From the NCBI GenBank assembly GCA_938017795.1, contig CALIJZ010000029.1, positions 23,109-87,108 on the forward strand: a stretch of DNA of 64,000 nucleotides, in the 5' to 3' direction. The first letter of the stretch is position 1. The number at the start of each line of letters is the position of its first letter. Made by a program: the position numbers and the translations under genes. The notes beneath the pieces were generated by a model, which was not told where the DNA came from, searched no databases, and worked only from the letters and a program-made list of their open reading frames with translations. Source of the stretch: an uncultured Bacteriovoracaceae bacterium. GTDB taxonomy: Bacteria > Bdellovibrionota > Bacteriovoracia > Bacteriovoracales > Bacteriovoracaceae. This document shows positions 46,552 to 55,222 of this stretch, in pieces.

Positions 46552-48484
46552 AAGTGATTTTGTCGTAGTTAACTTTTTTATCTTTTTTCCATTTTGCGTT
46601 TGGACCAATTATACCTGCAGAGTGGATTATTTTATCTGATGTTCCACCGTCAATATTAGTGATTCTCAATAATGCCTTCGGGTAATGGTCCATGATCTTT
46701 ACATAGAGTTCCCTGTTTTGTTTTTGTGTCATTCTTCCAAACTTAAATGAAACTTGACCGTTATCCAAAAAAGAAGCAGACCCAATATCTACAGATTTTT
46801 CTTGTCCTGGGGTAAGAGTGGCAATCTTCTCATACTTCCCTCCAGGAAAACTCATAAAGAGACTAACTTTTTTAACATACTTAACTCTTTTAATCTCTGC
46901 ATTGATTGCAACATTGGCTTCCCAGTATGAAACAGGCTTGATGTAGTAATAAAAGTTTTTAGGCATTCCGCACTTCACTTCAGATTCGTAGTGCTTCACA
47001 TAACAATCAATACTATAATCAGCTGATGCAAATTCAGGATTAAATTGTGCCAGATTAACCTCTGGCACTTCGGGAATATCTAATAAGTTCAATTTACTTC
47101 CATCAGGCTTGGTTCCTTTTTTAAGGATTATTTGGGATTGATCCCATAGCCTGGATCTGATTTCATCGAGTTCATTAAACTTTTTCGCAAGATATTTAGT
47201 TCTTTTAGATCCTTTATCTGCTTTTTTCGTTTTCTTCATCTCTTTTAAAATTTTAGTCATCTGAGATTCAACTTCAACATATTGGTAATATATAGTTTGT
47301 AGTAAACTATGATCTATATCTTCTTCACTAGTAAAATAATCAAAGTATGGCTCTAAGTAGTACTCAACAGGAGGAGCTGAGTGAAAACTGTATTGTTCTA
47401 AGTAGTGAGCAATTCCATCAAGAACCCCATCGAGAGAATCAATTGAACCATTAAAAGATGCAGTTAATCTATTTAAATGTTGAAGACCACCACCACCAGT
47501 TGCATGGAAGTTTAAAGTTGCTTTTTTCCCAATCTTCTTGGCTGCTTTGAAGTAATTGTCCAGACTTACTCTAGCACCCATTCCGCCACCTATAGGGCTG
47601 ATTTTTCTTTTAGTTGGGCTTGTCGATGAACCACTTTTAGCCCCTCTTCTTAACAAGTTTCTAAAGTCATCATCATCAGCAAAGATATCATCATCATCAT
47701 CCCAATCGTCATCATCATCTATAATATCATCATCTGGATCAAAAATATCATCATCATCCCAATAATCGTCATCATCATCTCCCCAAGAACTATCTGGAGG
47801 ACTTCCTATTTCAAAAGCAGCTCTGATTTGTTTCTTCTCGTGTTCAGTTAAGTTTTCAATTTTAAAGATCGCAGAAACAATCCCTTGTCTTCTTTGCCAA
47901 GCTACAAAGTGAGAACCACAGTAGTATTCAAATTTTTCATAATCTTCAGCGTCTAAAAGAGCTTGATACTTTTCTTTAAGTTCAAATTCTCCATCTGAAA
48001 TCATTTGTCTACCAAAGTTTGATTTTACTTTTAGAACTAGGTTCAAAGATGACTTAGAAACTTTTAAATCTTCAGTCATTTGTCCTTCTAATTTCATTCC
48101 GGGAATCTTCTTTCCAAAAAATTTAAATTGGGCAGCAATGACTCCTGAAATACTAAGGATATCATGTAATTCTTTTGTATCTTCTATAAATTTAATATTA
48201 AAAGTTGTTTCAGGAACACCTTGAGCACCACTACCAAATCCATCAGCAAGACCACCGTCTCCACCACCTGTAGCAGAAACATCAGGGTCATAAGCACCCG
48301 GATTAGCTAGACATGTTTTTTTAAATTTTAATGGAAAGTTTTTATTTACTCCTCCACCAAGCCTTAAATGTGTTTTTCCACCATGATACTTAATTGACTT
48401 TGCAACACCAAAATCTTGAGACATTAAATTGAATGATCCAATTAAAGTCGCAATAAATAGTGGTGTTAAAAAAATAAATTTCAT
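46538..48484 (-). CDS. Secreted MACPF-signature protein with poly-Asp/Trp insert
   Basis: GAGGAGG sits just upstream of ATG 48484 (MKFIFLTPLF signal). YEKFEYYCGSHF is a near match to the MAC/perforin signature Y-x6-[FY]-G-T-H-[FY]. A 40-aa segment of Asp with Trp/Ile/Phe follows. Confidence 0.45.
   Translation of the reverse strand: MKFIFLTPLFIATLIGSFNLMSQDFGVAKSIKYHGGKTHLRLGGGVNKNFPLKFKKTCLANPGAYDPDVSATGGGDGGLADGFGSGAQGVPETTFNIKFIEDTKELHDILSISGVIAAQFKFFGKKIPGMKLEGQMTEDLKVSKSSLNLVLKVKSNFGRQMISDGEFELKEKYQALLDAEDYEKFEYYCGSHFVAWQRRQGIVSAIFKIENLTEHEKKQIRAAFEIGSPPDSSWGDDDDDYWDDDDIFDPDDDIIDDDDDWDDDDDIFADDDDFRNLLRRGAKSGSSTSPTKRKISPIGGGMGARVSLDNYFKAAKKIGKKATLNFHATGGGGLQHLNRLTASFNGSIDSLDGVLDGIAHYLEQYSFHSAPPVEYYLEPYFDYFTSEEDIDHSLLQTIYYQYVEVESQMTKILKEMKKTKKADKGSKRTKYLAKKFNELDEIRSRLWDQSQIILKKGTKPDGSKLNLLDIPEVPEVNLAQFNPEFASADYSIDCYVKHYESEVKCGMPKNFYYYIKPVSYWEANVAINAEIKRVKYVKKVSLFMSFPGGKYEKIATLTPGQEKSVDIGSASFLDNGQVSFKFGRMTQKQNRELYVKIMDHYPKALLRITNIDGGTSDKIIHSAGIIGPNAKWKKDKKVNYDKITFKAY
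47666..47788 (-). repeat. GAT-rich (poly-Asp coding) low-complexity tract
   Basis: Plus-strand runs of ATC/GTC triplets encode DDDDDYWDDDDIFDPDDDIIDDDDDWDDDDDIFADDDDF. Confidence 0.9.
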
Positions 48485-48719
48485 AACCCTCCTCAAAGTT
48501 TAGAACATTTACTAACTACAGAGAATTTAGAAATTTTTATTAATATAAAAATTTTCAAAAAGTTTTCTCCTTGTTCGAACTAGTTTTATGGCATGACACT
48601 AGTACGTTTTTCTTACATTTGAAAATAAATTGATTCGTTTTGTAAGTTAATGTTTGCAAAATTTATTTAGACTTACAGAGAGTGCTGTGATCTTTCTTAC
48701 AGTCGGCTGAATGCGTTAT

Positions 48720-49688
48720 TTATATAGAGATCTTTTTAATTACTTCTATATGTTCAATATCTATTCCATCATCATTGGTAAGGCATTGCGAAAGTAAAGC
48801 CGTCGAAATTTTACCATTTTTCAATCTAATTACCTTCGGTTCATCGAATTTGAGAAAAGTCTCAGCGGCCAAAAAACCCATCTCTGTTGCTATAAGTCTA
48901 TCATGTGGAGAAGGACTTCCACCTCTTTGAATATGGCCTAAAATACAGACTCTAGAGGAGATACCATACTTGGAACTTAAAACTTTTTGTATATTATAAG
49001 AGCGACCCTCAGTGGCTCCTTCTGCGACTATAAAAATAGATCCTTTTTTACCTCTTTGCTCACCTCGCTTTATACTCTGAACGAGATCCTCATAATCAAT
49101 ATCTTTATTGGGTAGAACAACATTTTCAGCTCCTGAGCAAAGAGCAGTTTTTATCGCTATAGAAGAAGATCGTCTCCCCATAACTTCTATTAAAAAAACT
49201 CGATCATGACTAAATGCAGTATCTCGGATTTTATCTACAGCATCTACAGCTGTTTGCACTGCAGTATCATGACCTATTGTGTAATCAGTACCACTGATAT
49301 CATTATCAATTGTTCCAGGTATGCCAACTACTGGAAAATTAAAATCTTCCCATAAAGCATAAGCCCCTTTGAAAGACCCATCTCCTCCAACAACGGCTAA
49401 ACCATCAATTTTATGTTCTTTTAGTTTCTCATAAGCAATTTCTCGAAATTTTTTCTCTTTGAATTCTTCAGACCTTGAGCTTTGTAAAAATGTTCCACCT
49501 CTTTGAAGAATATTACCCACACTAGAAGCACTTAGTTGAATAAAGTCACCGCTAATTAAGCCTTGATAACCTTTCTTAACACCAAAAACATTATGACCAC
49601 TATATATTAGTGTTCTGGTAAATGCTCTTATTGCACAGTTCATTCCTGGACTGTCACCACCGCTTGTTAAAATTGCATAAGTACTCAT
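48720..49688 (-). CDS. pfkA: ATP-dependent 6-phosphofructokinase
   Basis: TSGGDSPGMN, VVGGDGS, PGTIDND and MGR motifs; 322 aa. Confidence 0.9.
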   Translation of the reverse strand: MSTYAILTSGGDSPGMNCAIRAFTRTLIYSGHNVFGVKKGYQGLISGDFIQLSASSVGNILQRGGTFLQSSRSEEFKEKKFREIAYEKLKEHKIDGLAVVGGDGSFKGAYALWEDFNFPVVGIPGTIDNDISGTDYTIGHDTAVQTAVDAVDKIRDTAFSHDRVFLIEVMGRRSSSIAIKTALCSGAENVVLPNKDIDYEDLVQSIKRGEQRGKKGSIFIVAEGATEGRSYNIQKVLSSKYGISSRVCILGHIQRGGSPSPHDRLIATEMGFLAAETFLKFDEPKVIRLKNGKISTALLSQCLTNDDGIDIEHIEVIKKISI

Positions 49689-49712
49689 GAGTACAATTTT
49701 AAAAGAATATTC

Positions 49713-50162
49713 TTAGTTATGATAGGGGTGTTGGGTAATAATACTGTGAGAGCGATAAATTTGCTCTACTAATACAAGTCTTGAAAGTTTATGAGGCAGA
49801 GTTAGATCAGATAAAGAAAGATGATTTGGATATGATTTTAAGATTTCTTGAGTAAAACCAACAGCTCCTGAAAAAACTAATACTAATTGATTGATGGCTT
49901 GAGTCTTGGATTGAATAAACTTTGAAAAATTTATTGTATCAAGAGATTTACCTTTTTCTCTAAAAAGATAAACCATTTTAGAATCATATTCCTTCAAAGC
50001 TTTTGTTAAATATTGAGATTCTTTGATTTGATTCTCTCCAAAGCTTTTACATTCTTTTATTTCAACTTTAAAAAGTTTAAGTTGTTTTAAATAATGATGT
50101 TCTAATTCTAATAAAGCTTTATCTTTATTTTCAAATGGACAAAGAATTATGATCTTCTTCAA
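49713..50162 (-). CDS. rlmH: 23S rRNA (pseudouridine1915-N3)-methyltransferase RlmH
   Basis: 149-aa SPOUT protein ending ...ITQHPYHN, in the conserved position downstream of rsfS. Confidence 0.8.
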   Translation of the reverse strand: MKKIIILCPFENKDKALLELEHHYLKQLKLFKVEIKECKSFGENQIKESQYLTKALKEYDSKMVYLFREKGKSLDTINFSKFIQSKTQAINQLVLVFSGAVGFTQEILKSYPNHLSLSDLTLPHKLSRLVLVEQIYRSHSIITQHPYHN

Positions 50163-50165
50163 ATT

Positions 50166-50639
50166 CTAGAAATAATCTTTAAGGTTTGTTTTACCAGTTG
50201 TTTCACTTGGAAGAATTTGAGTTGAAAAGTAATATTCGTTTGGAATTTCAATTGTTTTATATTCAGTCCATAATGAATCTAGGTCAAAAATATCTCGATG
50301 AACTTCTTGAAATAAATGAACAATAACATTACCAAGATCAAGAAGGATCCATTCACCGTCTGTATAACCTTCAACTGACTTTACAGAAATTTTATTCTCT
50401 TTTGCTACTTTTTCAATAATTGAAGATGTTGATTGAGCTTGAACTTTGTTATTTACTGAACCAATAACGAAGAAATCGGCTAAGGGATTGAACCCACTTG
50501 GATCATAGATTTTAAGATTAACTCCTTTAAAATTGGCTATAACCCAAGCACAAGCTAGAGCTAATTGTTTTGAGGAGTCTTGGTCTTTTTGAGACATGAT
50601 TTTACCAGTCTCTTGTAAAATATAATCTTTATTCATCAT
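50166..50639 (-). CDS. rsfS: Ribosomal silencing factor RsfS (iojap family)
   Basis: DFFVIGSVNNKVQAQS and WILLDLGNVIVHLFQEVHRDIFDLDSLW motifs. Confidence 0.88.
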   Translation of the reverse strand: MMNKDYILQETGKIMSQKDQDSSKQLALACAWVIANFKGVNLKIYDPSGFNPLADFFVIGSVNNKVQAQSTSSIIEKVAKENKISVKSVEGYTDGEWILLDLGNVIVHLFQEVHRDIFDLDSLWTEYKTIEIPNEYYFSTQILPSETTGKTNLKDYF

Positions 50640-51645
50640 TTTCCTTTGCAGTCTGTATAGCTTTAAACAATAATTCTTTCAAAACATCAACGTTTTTCCT
50701 CGAGACAGAAGAAATAGGAAGGACTTTTCTCTGCGTTTCTTCTTCCATGATATCTTGGAATTTTTTAATCTCTTCATCACTCATGGCATCTATTTTAGTT
50801 AAACAAACTATTTCGATTTTATTTCTTATTTTCTCACTAAATTTTAATAACTCTGCTTTGATGGTTGCATAGCTCTCGACAGCTTCATAAGGTTCTAAAA
50901 ACATAGAGCAATCAATCAAGTGAAGATACGCTCTTGTTCGTTCAATATGTTTTAAAAACTTATGACCCAAACCTTTTCCATCAGCAGCGTCTTCAATTAA
51001 TCCAGGTATATCTGCAACAACTAATGAGTCTTCACCCCTTTGAACCACACCAAGGTTTGGCTCCAAAGTTGTAAATGGATAGTCAGCAATCTTTGGCTTG
51101 GCAGCAGAGATTACTGAGATCAATGTCGATTTACCAGCGTTTGGTAGTCCCACTAAGGCAATATCAGCCAAAAGTTTTAATTCTAATTTAATATCTAGTA
51201 CTTGCTCTGGTTCGCCCTCAGTTGCTCTGGTTGGAGTCTGATTTACTGATGTTTTAAAATACATATTTCCAAGACCGCCTCGGCCGCCAATAAGAATTTT
51301 TTCTACTTGACCATGAGATTCAAGGTCGGCAATTAAAACATTTGTTTCTTTATCTATAACCATTGTCCCTACAGGAACTGGAATATATAGATCCTCACCG
51401 CCTTTGCCATCACACTGAGATCCACCTCCAGCTTGACCTGGAGAGGCCTTATAGATTTTTTTTCCTCGGAAATTTATTAAAGTGTTAAGTTGATTAGTGG
51501 CCTGGAAATATACATCTCCACCTTTTCCGCCATTGCCACCGTCAGCTCCTCCAAGAGGAACGTGTTTTTCTCGTCTATAACCGACGCATCCATCTCCGCC
51601 TTTACCGGATTGAATATTAATTTCTACTTCATCTATAAACTTCAT
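50629..51645 (-). CDS. obg: GTPase Obg/CgtA
   Basis: MKFIDEVEINIQSGKGGDGCV Obg fold, Gly-rich repeats, G1 GLPNAGKST and G3 DIPGLIE. Confidence 0.92.
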   Translation of the reverse strand: MKFIDEVEINIQSGKGGDGCVGYRREKHVPLGGADGGNGGKGGDVYFQATNQLNTLINFRGKKIYKASPGQAGGGSQCDGKGGEDLYIPVPVGTMVIDKETNVLIADLESHGQVEKILIGGRGGLGNMYFKTSVNQTPTRATEGEPEQVLDIKLELKLLADIALVGLPNAGKSTLISVISAAKPKIADYPFTTLEPNLGVVQRGEDSLVVADIPGLIEDAADGKGLGHKFLKHIERTRAYLHLIDCSMFLEPYEAVESYATIKAELLKFSEKIRNKIEIVCLTKIDAMSDEEIKKFQDIMEEETQRKVLPISSVSRKNVDVLKELLFKAIQTAKENDE

Positions 51646-51672
51646 TCGTCTTCTTTTTAGAGAGAAATTGCC

Positions 51673-51701
51673 AAAAAAAAAGAAGCCCTAATGAGCTTCT
51701 T
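51673..51701 (-). terminator. Rho-independent terminator/attenuator between rpmA and obg
   Basis: On the minus strand, stem AAGAAGC / GCTTCTT with an 8-nt loop, followed by a run of 9 T. Confidence 0.7.
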
Positions 51702-51757
51702 GATTTATATAGCAAATAATTTTTGTTTTTTAAACTATCTTTAGTAATTTCTAGCAA

Positions 51758-52012
51758 TTAAGCAGAAACAACCGATACCATTTTCATTTTTTTATTATAT
51801 CTCGAAAATTGTACCTTACCATCTGAAAGAGCAAAAAGTGTAAAGTCTCTACCCATACCAACATTTGCTCCAGCATGAAATTTTGTACCTTTTTGTCTTA
51901 CGATAATATTCCCAGTTATAACTGATTCACCACCATATTTCTTAACCCCTCTATATTTAGGATTAGAATCTCTACCGTTACTTGTTGAACCACCAGATTT
52001 TTTGTGAGCCAT
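51758..52012 (-). CDS. rpmA: 50S ribosomal protein L27
   Basis: [29 protein letters not shown] is the canonical L27 N-terminus. Confidence 0.95.
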   Translation of the reverse strand: MAHKKSGGSTSNGRDSNPKYRGVKKYGGESVITGNIIVRQKGTKFHAGANVGMGRDFTLFALSDGKVQFSRYNKKMKMVSVVSA

Positions 52013-52023
52013 TTTTTACTTCC

Positions 52024-52746
52024 TTATTTCTTTTCGATTCCATGATCGTGTTCATCTTGCCAAGCTTTAAGCTTGTCCCAATCACCCTTAGCTGCCATTC
52101 TTGCTTGCTTTGCCCATGATCCAGGATTTTTTGATTTATATCTTGGTCCAGCTGCTTCAAGAATATCTCTTAAAGGTTGGATTTTAGTTTCTCCCAATTG
52201 GGCCCAAGTGTGAATACCATTTTCGTTTAAAATTCCAGCTATCTTTGGTCCAATTCCTTCAACTTTTGTTAAATCGTCCTTAGCTCCAGCTGATGGTTTA
52301 GCTTTTTTAGTTTCAGTTTTCTTTGCAGCAGGTTTTTTAGCAGCTGCCTTTTTCGGAGCTGCTTTTTTTGCTTCTACTTTCTTAGGAGCTTTTTCTTTAG
52401 TTGTTTTAACTTTTTTATCACTCTTAGCTACTTCACCAGCACCATTATGAATTTCTGTAATTAATAAACCTGTATAATGTGTTCTGTGACCGTTTTTCTT
52501 AACATACTTTCCAGGCTTTCTTTTTAATACAATGATTTTTCTATCTCGAGCTTGTCTAACAACTTTAGCAACAACTTTTGCTCCATCTACAACTGGAGCT
52601 CCAATTCTTGGACTCTTTCCACCAGTAAAAAGTACTTGATCGAAATCAACAACATCATCAACATTAGCAGATAATTTATCTACATCAATAATGTCTCCAG
52701 CTTGAACCTTATATTGGTGACCTTTAATTTGAACTACACCGTACAT
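52024..52746 (-). CDS. rplU: 50S ribosomal protein L21 with a C-terminal Lys/Ala-rich and helix-hairpin-helix-like extension
   Basis: MYGVVQIKGHQYKVQAGDII... is the L21 core (about 100 aa). An AKK/PKK repeat segment and DDLTKVEGIGPKIAGILNENGIHTWAQL follow. Confidence 0.88.
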   Translation of the reverse strand: MYGVVQIKGHQYKVQAGDIIDVDKLSANVDDVVDFDQVLFTGGKSPRIGAPVVDGAKVVAKVVRQARDRKIIVLKRKPGKYVKKNGHRTHYTGLLITEIHNGAGEVAKSDKKVKTTKEKAPKKVEAKKAAPKKAAAKKPAAKKTETKKAKPSAGAKDDLTKVEGIGPKIAGILNENGIHTWAQLGETKIQPLRDILEAAGPRYKSKNPGSWAKQARMAAKGDWDKLKAWQDEHDHGIEKK

Positions 52747-52936
52747 TTTCGTGCTCCTTAAAATAAAACAAAATACAGACTAATTTCAATACGTAATTTA
52801 GTAAGAGAAGTCAAACTTGGCATCATAAGTCCTGAATTGGGACTATGTGGGTTTGTTAATTTTTTCTTCCAACTTTCCTTCCCTATAATTTAGATAGCCA
52901 AGGATATTATTCCTAGAGGTAAGTCATTTAGCAAGG

Positions 52937-54568
52937 ATGGAACAAATGAAAATTTTAATGATGATTTCGATGATGTCACTATTATCGTGTGGACTTAATA
53001 GTAGGTTATTTGATAACCCACTCGCAAAATCAAGCAGTGCAGCAGCTGGAGCAGGTGATGGAACCGGTAATGCAGGTAATGGGCCAGCAGTGCTAGATGC
53101 CACAGATGATTTAGTTACTGGAAGTATGGCAGGTGGAGCTAACCCAAGTATAAATGTTTCAGCTAATGATACTGGTAGTAATTGTGCACCAATAACTTAT
53201 ACAGCAGGAGCTTGTACGAATTGTACTTTTACAGGCACGCTACCAACAGTAACAATAACTCCAACTACAATAGGAGCATGGGACTTTGCTTACACAGCAA
53301 CTTGTTCTGATGGAACAAGTTCAGATACTGCATTTGTTTCTGGAACAGCAGTAATGTTACAAGCAGTAAGCGCAAATGATGATGTAGTAGCAGCAAGTAC
53401 ATCTGGAGCAGCAAATCCCGCACTAGATGTTTCATCAAATGATACAGAGACTAATTGTGCACCAATAACTTATACAGCAGGGACTTGTACGAATTGTACT
53501 TTTGTAGGTGCTCTTCCAGCAGTAACAATAACCCCAACAGCAGTAGGAGCATGGGACTTTGCTTATACAGCAACTTGTTTTGATGGATCACGCTCAGATA
53601 CTGGATTAGTTTCTGGAACGGCCATAGCACCACCGATTAACGCTAATGTCGATGCTCAAACTGATCTAGTTACAAATAATCGTACATCAGTTTGGAATAC
53701 AGACTTAGGCCTAACTGATGATGATGGAAATCCAGTTAGTGATGGGAAGGTGAGAATTACTTTAAGAAATTGTGACGCTGGTCAAACTTATTTTGATGGT
53801 GACTTTTTAGTTGGATCTTTTTTAAATTCAGATAACCCTACAAATACTTACGGGGGACTTTTAGATTGGAATAGTGATGTACAACCATTTTTTGATATTC
53901 CATCTGAACTAAAAAATGGGACGAGCTATGGATTTAATAAAAAAGCATGGGCACAACACGTACAAGCAAATTACCCTCAGTTAAATATTTATAATCACTT
54001 TCATAAAAACTCGACAGGAGAAGCTGTTAACTTATGTGTTGATTACAGATTAGATAATGGAGCAGGATATTCTGATCCAAGCACAACTGTATTTTTAAAG
54101 TCTTATCATTACTCTTTAGATAATGATGCTCTTGTTGATGATGAATCAAGAGTTATAAATGGTAGACTTACTATTGGTGGACCGGTTTTTATTGATCCAT
54201 CATTTACTCCTACGAGCTATGATAGAGCTCTTTGTTCATTTGAGAGATTAAGAAATGATGTTAGAGCACAATTAACTCATGTTGCTTCTTATTTTCAAGC
54301 TGGAGCATGGGTAAGTAGTGCAGCTACAGGTGGGTCATATTGGAGAACTATAGCATCGTTTTTAAACACGACAGCTTATAGTGAGCACGTCACTCTTGAT
54401 ATGCCTCAACCAGATCCAAACCACGGGCAAAGTTGTGTTAACTATCAAGAATTGTTCTATATTTACGCAGCTGTTACTGATGGATCTCTTCAGAAAGTTA
54501 GACTAAGCAATGGAGTGGATAATTCAAAATTTGTTGAAGTTGAGTTAGGCATTTACGAATCATTCTAA
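52937..54568 (+). CDS. Lipoprotein with two tandem 91-aa Cys-containing repeats and a unique C-terminal domain
   Basis: Lipobox LLSCG. Ala/Gly-rich linker. Two repeats contain NCAPITYTAG.CTNCTF and GAWDFAYTATC. Confidence 0.6.
   Translation: MEQMKILMMISMMSLLSCGLNSRLFDNPLAKSSSAAAGAGDGTGNAGNGPAVLDATDDLVTGSMAGGANPSINVSANDTGSNCAPITYTAGACTNCTFTGTLPTVTITPTTIGAWDFAYTATCSDGTSSDTAFVSGTAVMLQAVSANDDVVAASTSGAANPALDVSSNDTETNCAPITYTAGTCTNCTFVGALPAVTITPTAVGAWDFAYTATCFDGSRSDTGLVSGTAIAPPINANVDAQTDLVTNNRTSVWNTDLGLTDDDGNPVSDGKVRITLRNCDAGQTYFDGDFLVGSFLNSDNPTNTYGGLLDWNSDVQPFFDIPSELKNGTSYGFNKKAWAQHVQANYPQLNIYNHFHKNSTGEAVNLCVDYRLDNGAGYSDPSTTVFLKSYHYSLDNDALVDDESRVINGRLTIGGPVFIDPSFTPTSYDRALCSFERLRNDVRAQLTHVASYFQAGAWVSSAATGGSYWRTIASFLNTTAYSEHVTLDMPQPDPNHGQSCVNYQELFYIYAAVTDGSLQKVRLSNGVDNSKFVEVELGIYESF
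53105..53650 (+). repeat. In-frame tandem duplication, 2 x 273 bp
   Basis: Unit 1 is 53105-53377 and unit 2 is 53378-53650. The core stretch actaattgtgcaccaataacttatacagcagg..cttgtacgaattgtactttt is nearly identical in both. Confidence 0.9.
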
Positions 54569-54582
54569 TTAAAACAATCAAG

Positions 54583-54615
54583 ATCTAGGGGGCAATCTGC
54601 CCTCTAGATTTACTT
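54583..54615 (+). terminator. Probable rho-independent terminator
   Basis: 11-bp stem ATCTAGGGGGC / GCCCTCTAGAT with one G-U pair and a 5-nt loop, followed by a T-rich tail TTTACTTT. Confidence 0.55.
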
Positions 54616-54642
54616 TCAAAATATTATCTGTATTCTAAAGTT

Positions 54643-55218
54643 ATGAAAGAATTTTTTCATTCATATTTTCAAACAATGGACTTTCAAGTTAGTGAACAAA
54701 AACTAGAGACTTTGAGTAGTTTTTTTAGTGAACAAAGTTTACAAAAAGGTCAAAAATTCATTGAATTTGATGATACCTCAAGAAAAATTGCATTTATAAA
54801 AACGGGCTTAGTGAGATTTTTTCTTAATACATTTGAAGGCCAAGAGTTTAATGTTACCTTCAAATTGGAAAATGAATTTTTCATGAGCTTTTATACGATT
54901 ATGACAAGAAAGCCATCTCCTTTTGCAATTGAAACGTTGGAAGATTCAATTCTTTATGTTGCTGATTATGATGAGGTGAATTCTCAATTAGAGCAAGATC
55001 CGTTTTGGATTCAAGTATTAAAGAAGATGTATGCTCATAATTTTATCTTGAAAGCTGAAAGGGAGATTCAGTTTTTAGTATATGATACAAAAACGAGATA
55101 TTTGAACTTATTAGATTCGCGTCCAGATTTAGTAGCTCGAGTTCCACAATACCATCTTGCTTTATACTTAGGTGTTAATCCAGTCTCTTTAAATAGAATT
55201 ATAAAGTCTTTAGATTAA
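54643..55218 (+). CDS. Crp/Fnr-family transcriptional regulator
   Basis: N-terminal cNMP-binding-like beta-roll and C-terminal HTH VPQYHLALYLGVNPVSLNRIIK; 191 aa. Confidence 0.6.
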   Translation: MKEFFHSYFQTMDFQVSEQKLETLSSFFSEQSLQKGQKFIEFDDTSRKIAFIKTGLVRFFLNTFEGQEFNVTFKLENEFFMSFYTIMTRKPSPFAIETLEDSILYVADYDEVNSQLEQDPFWIQVLKKMYAHNFILKAEREIQFLVYDTKTRYLNLLDSRPDLVARVPQYHLALYLGVNPVSLNRIIKSLD

Positions 55219-55222
55219 GTTT

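Noticed and set aside
48497-48719. A small ORF (about 24 codons, TTG start after AAGGAG) upstream of the MACPF-like gene.
   Set aside because: It has a non-ATG start and a very short low-complexity product, with no coupling to the downstream gene. It is much weaker than the 39-codon ORF at 32207..32326.
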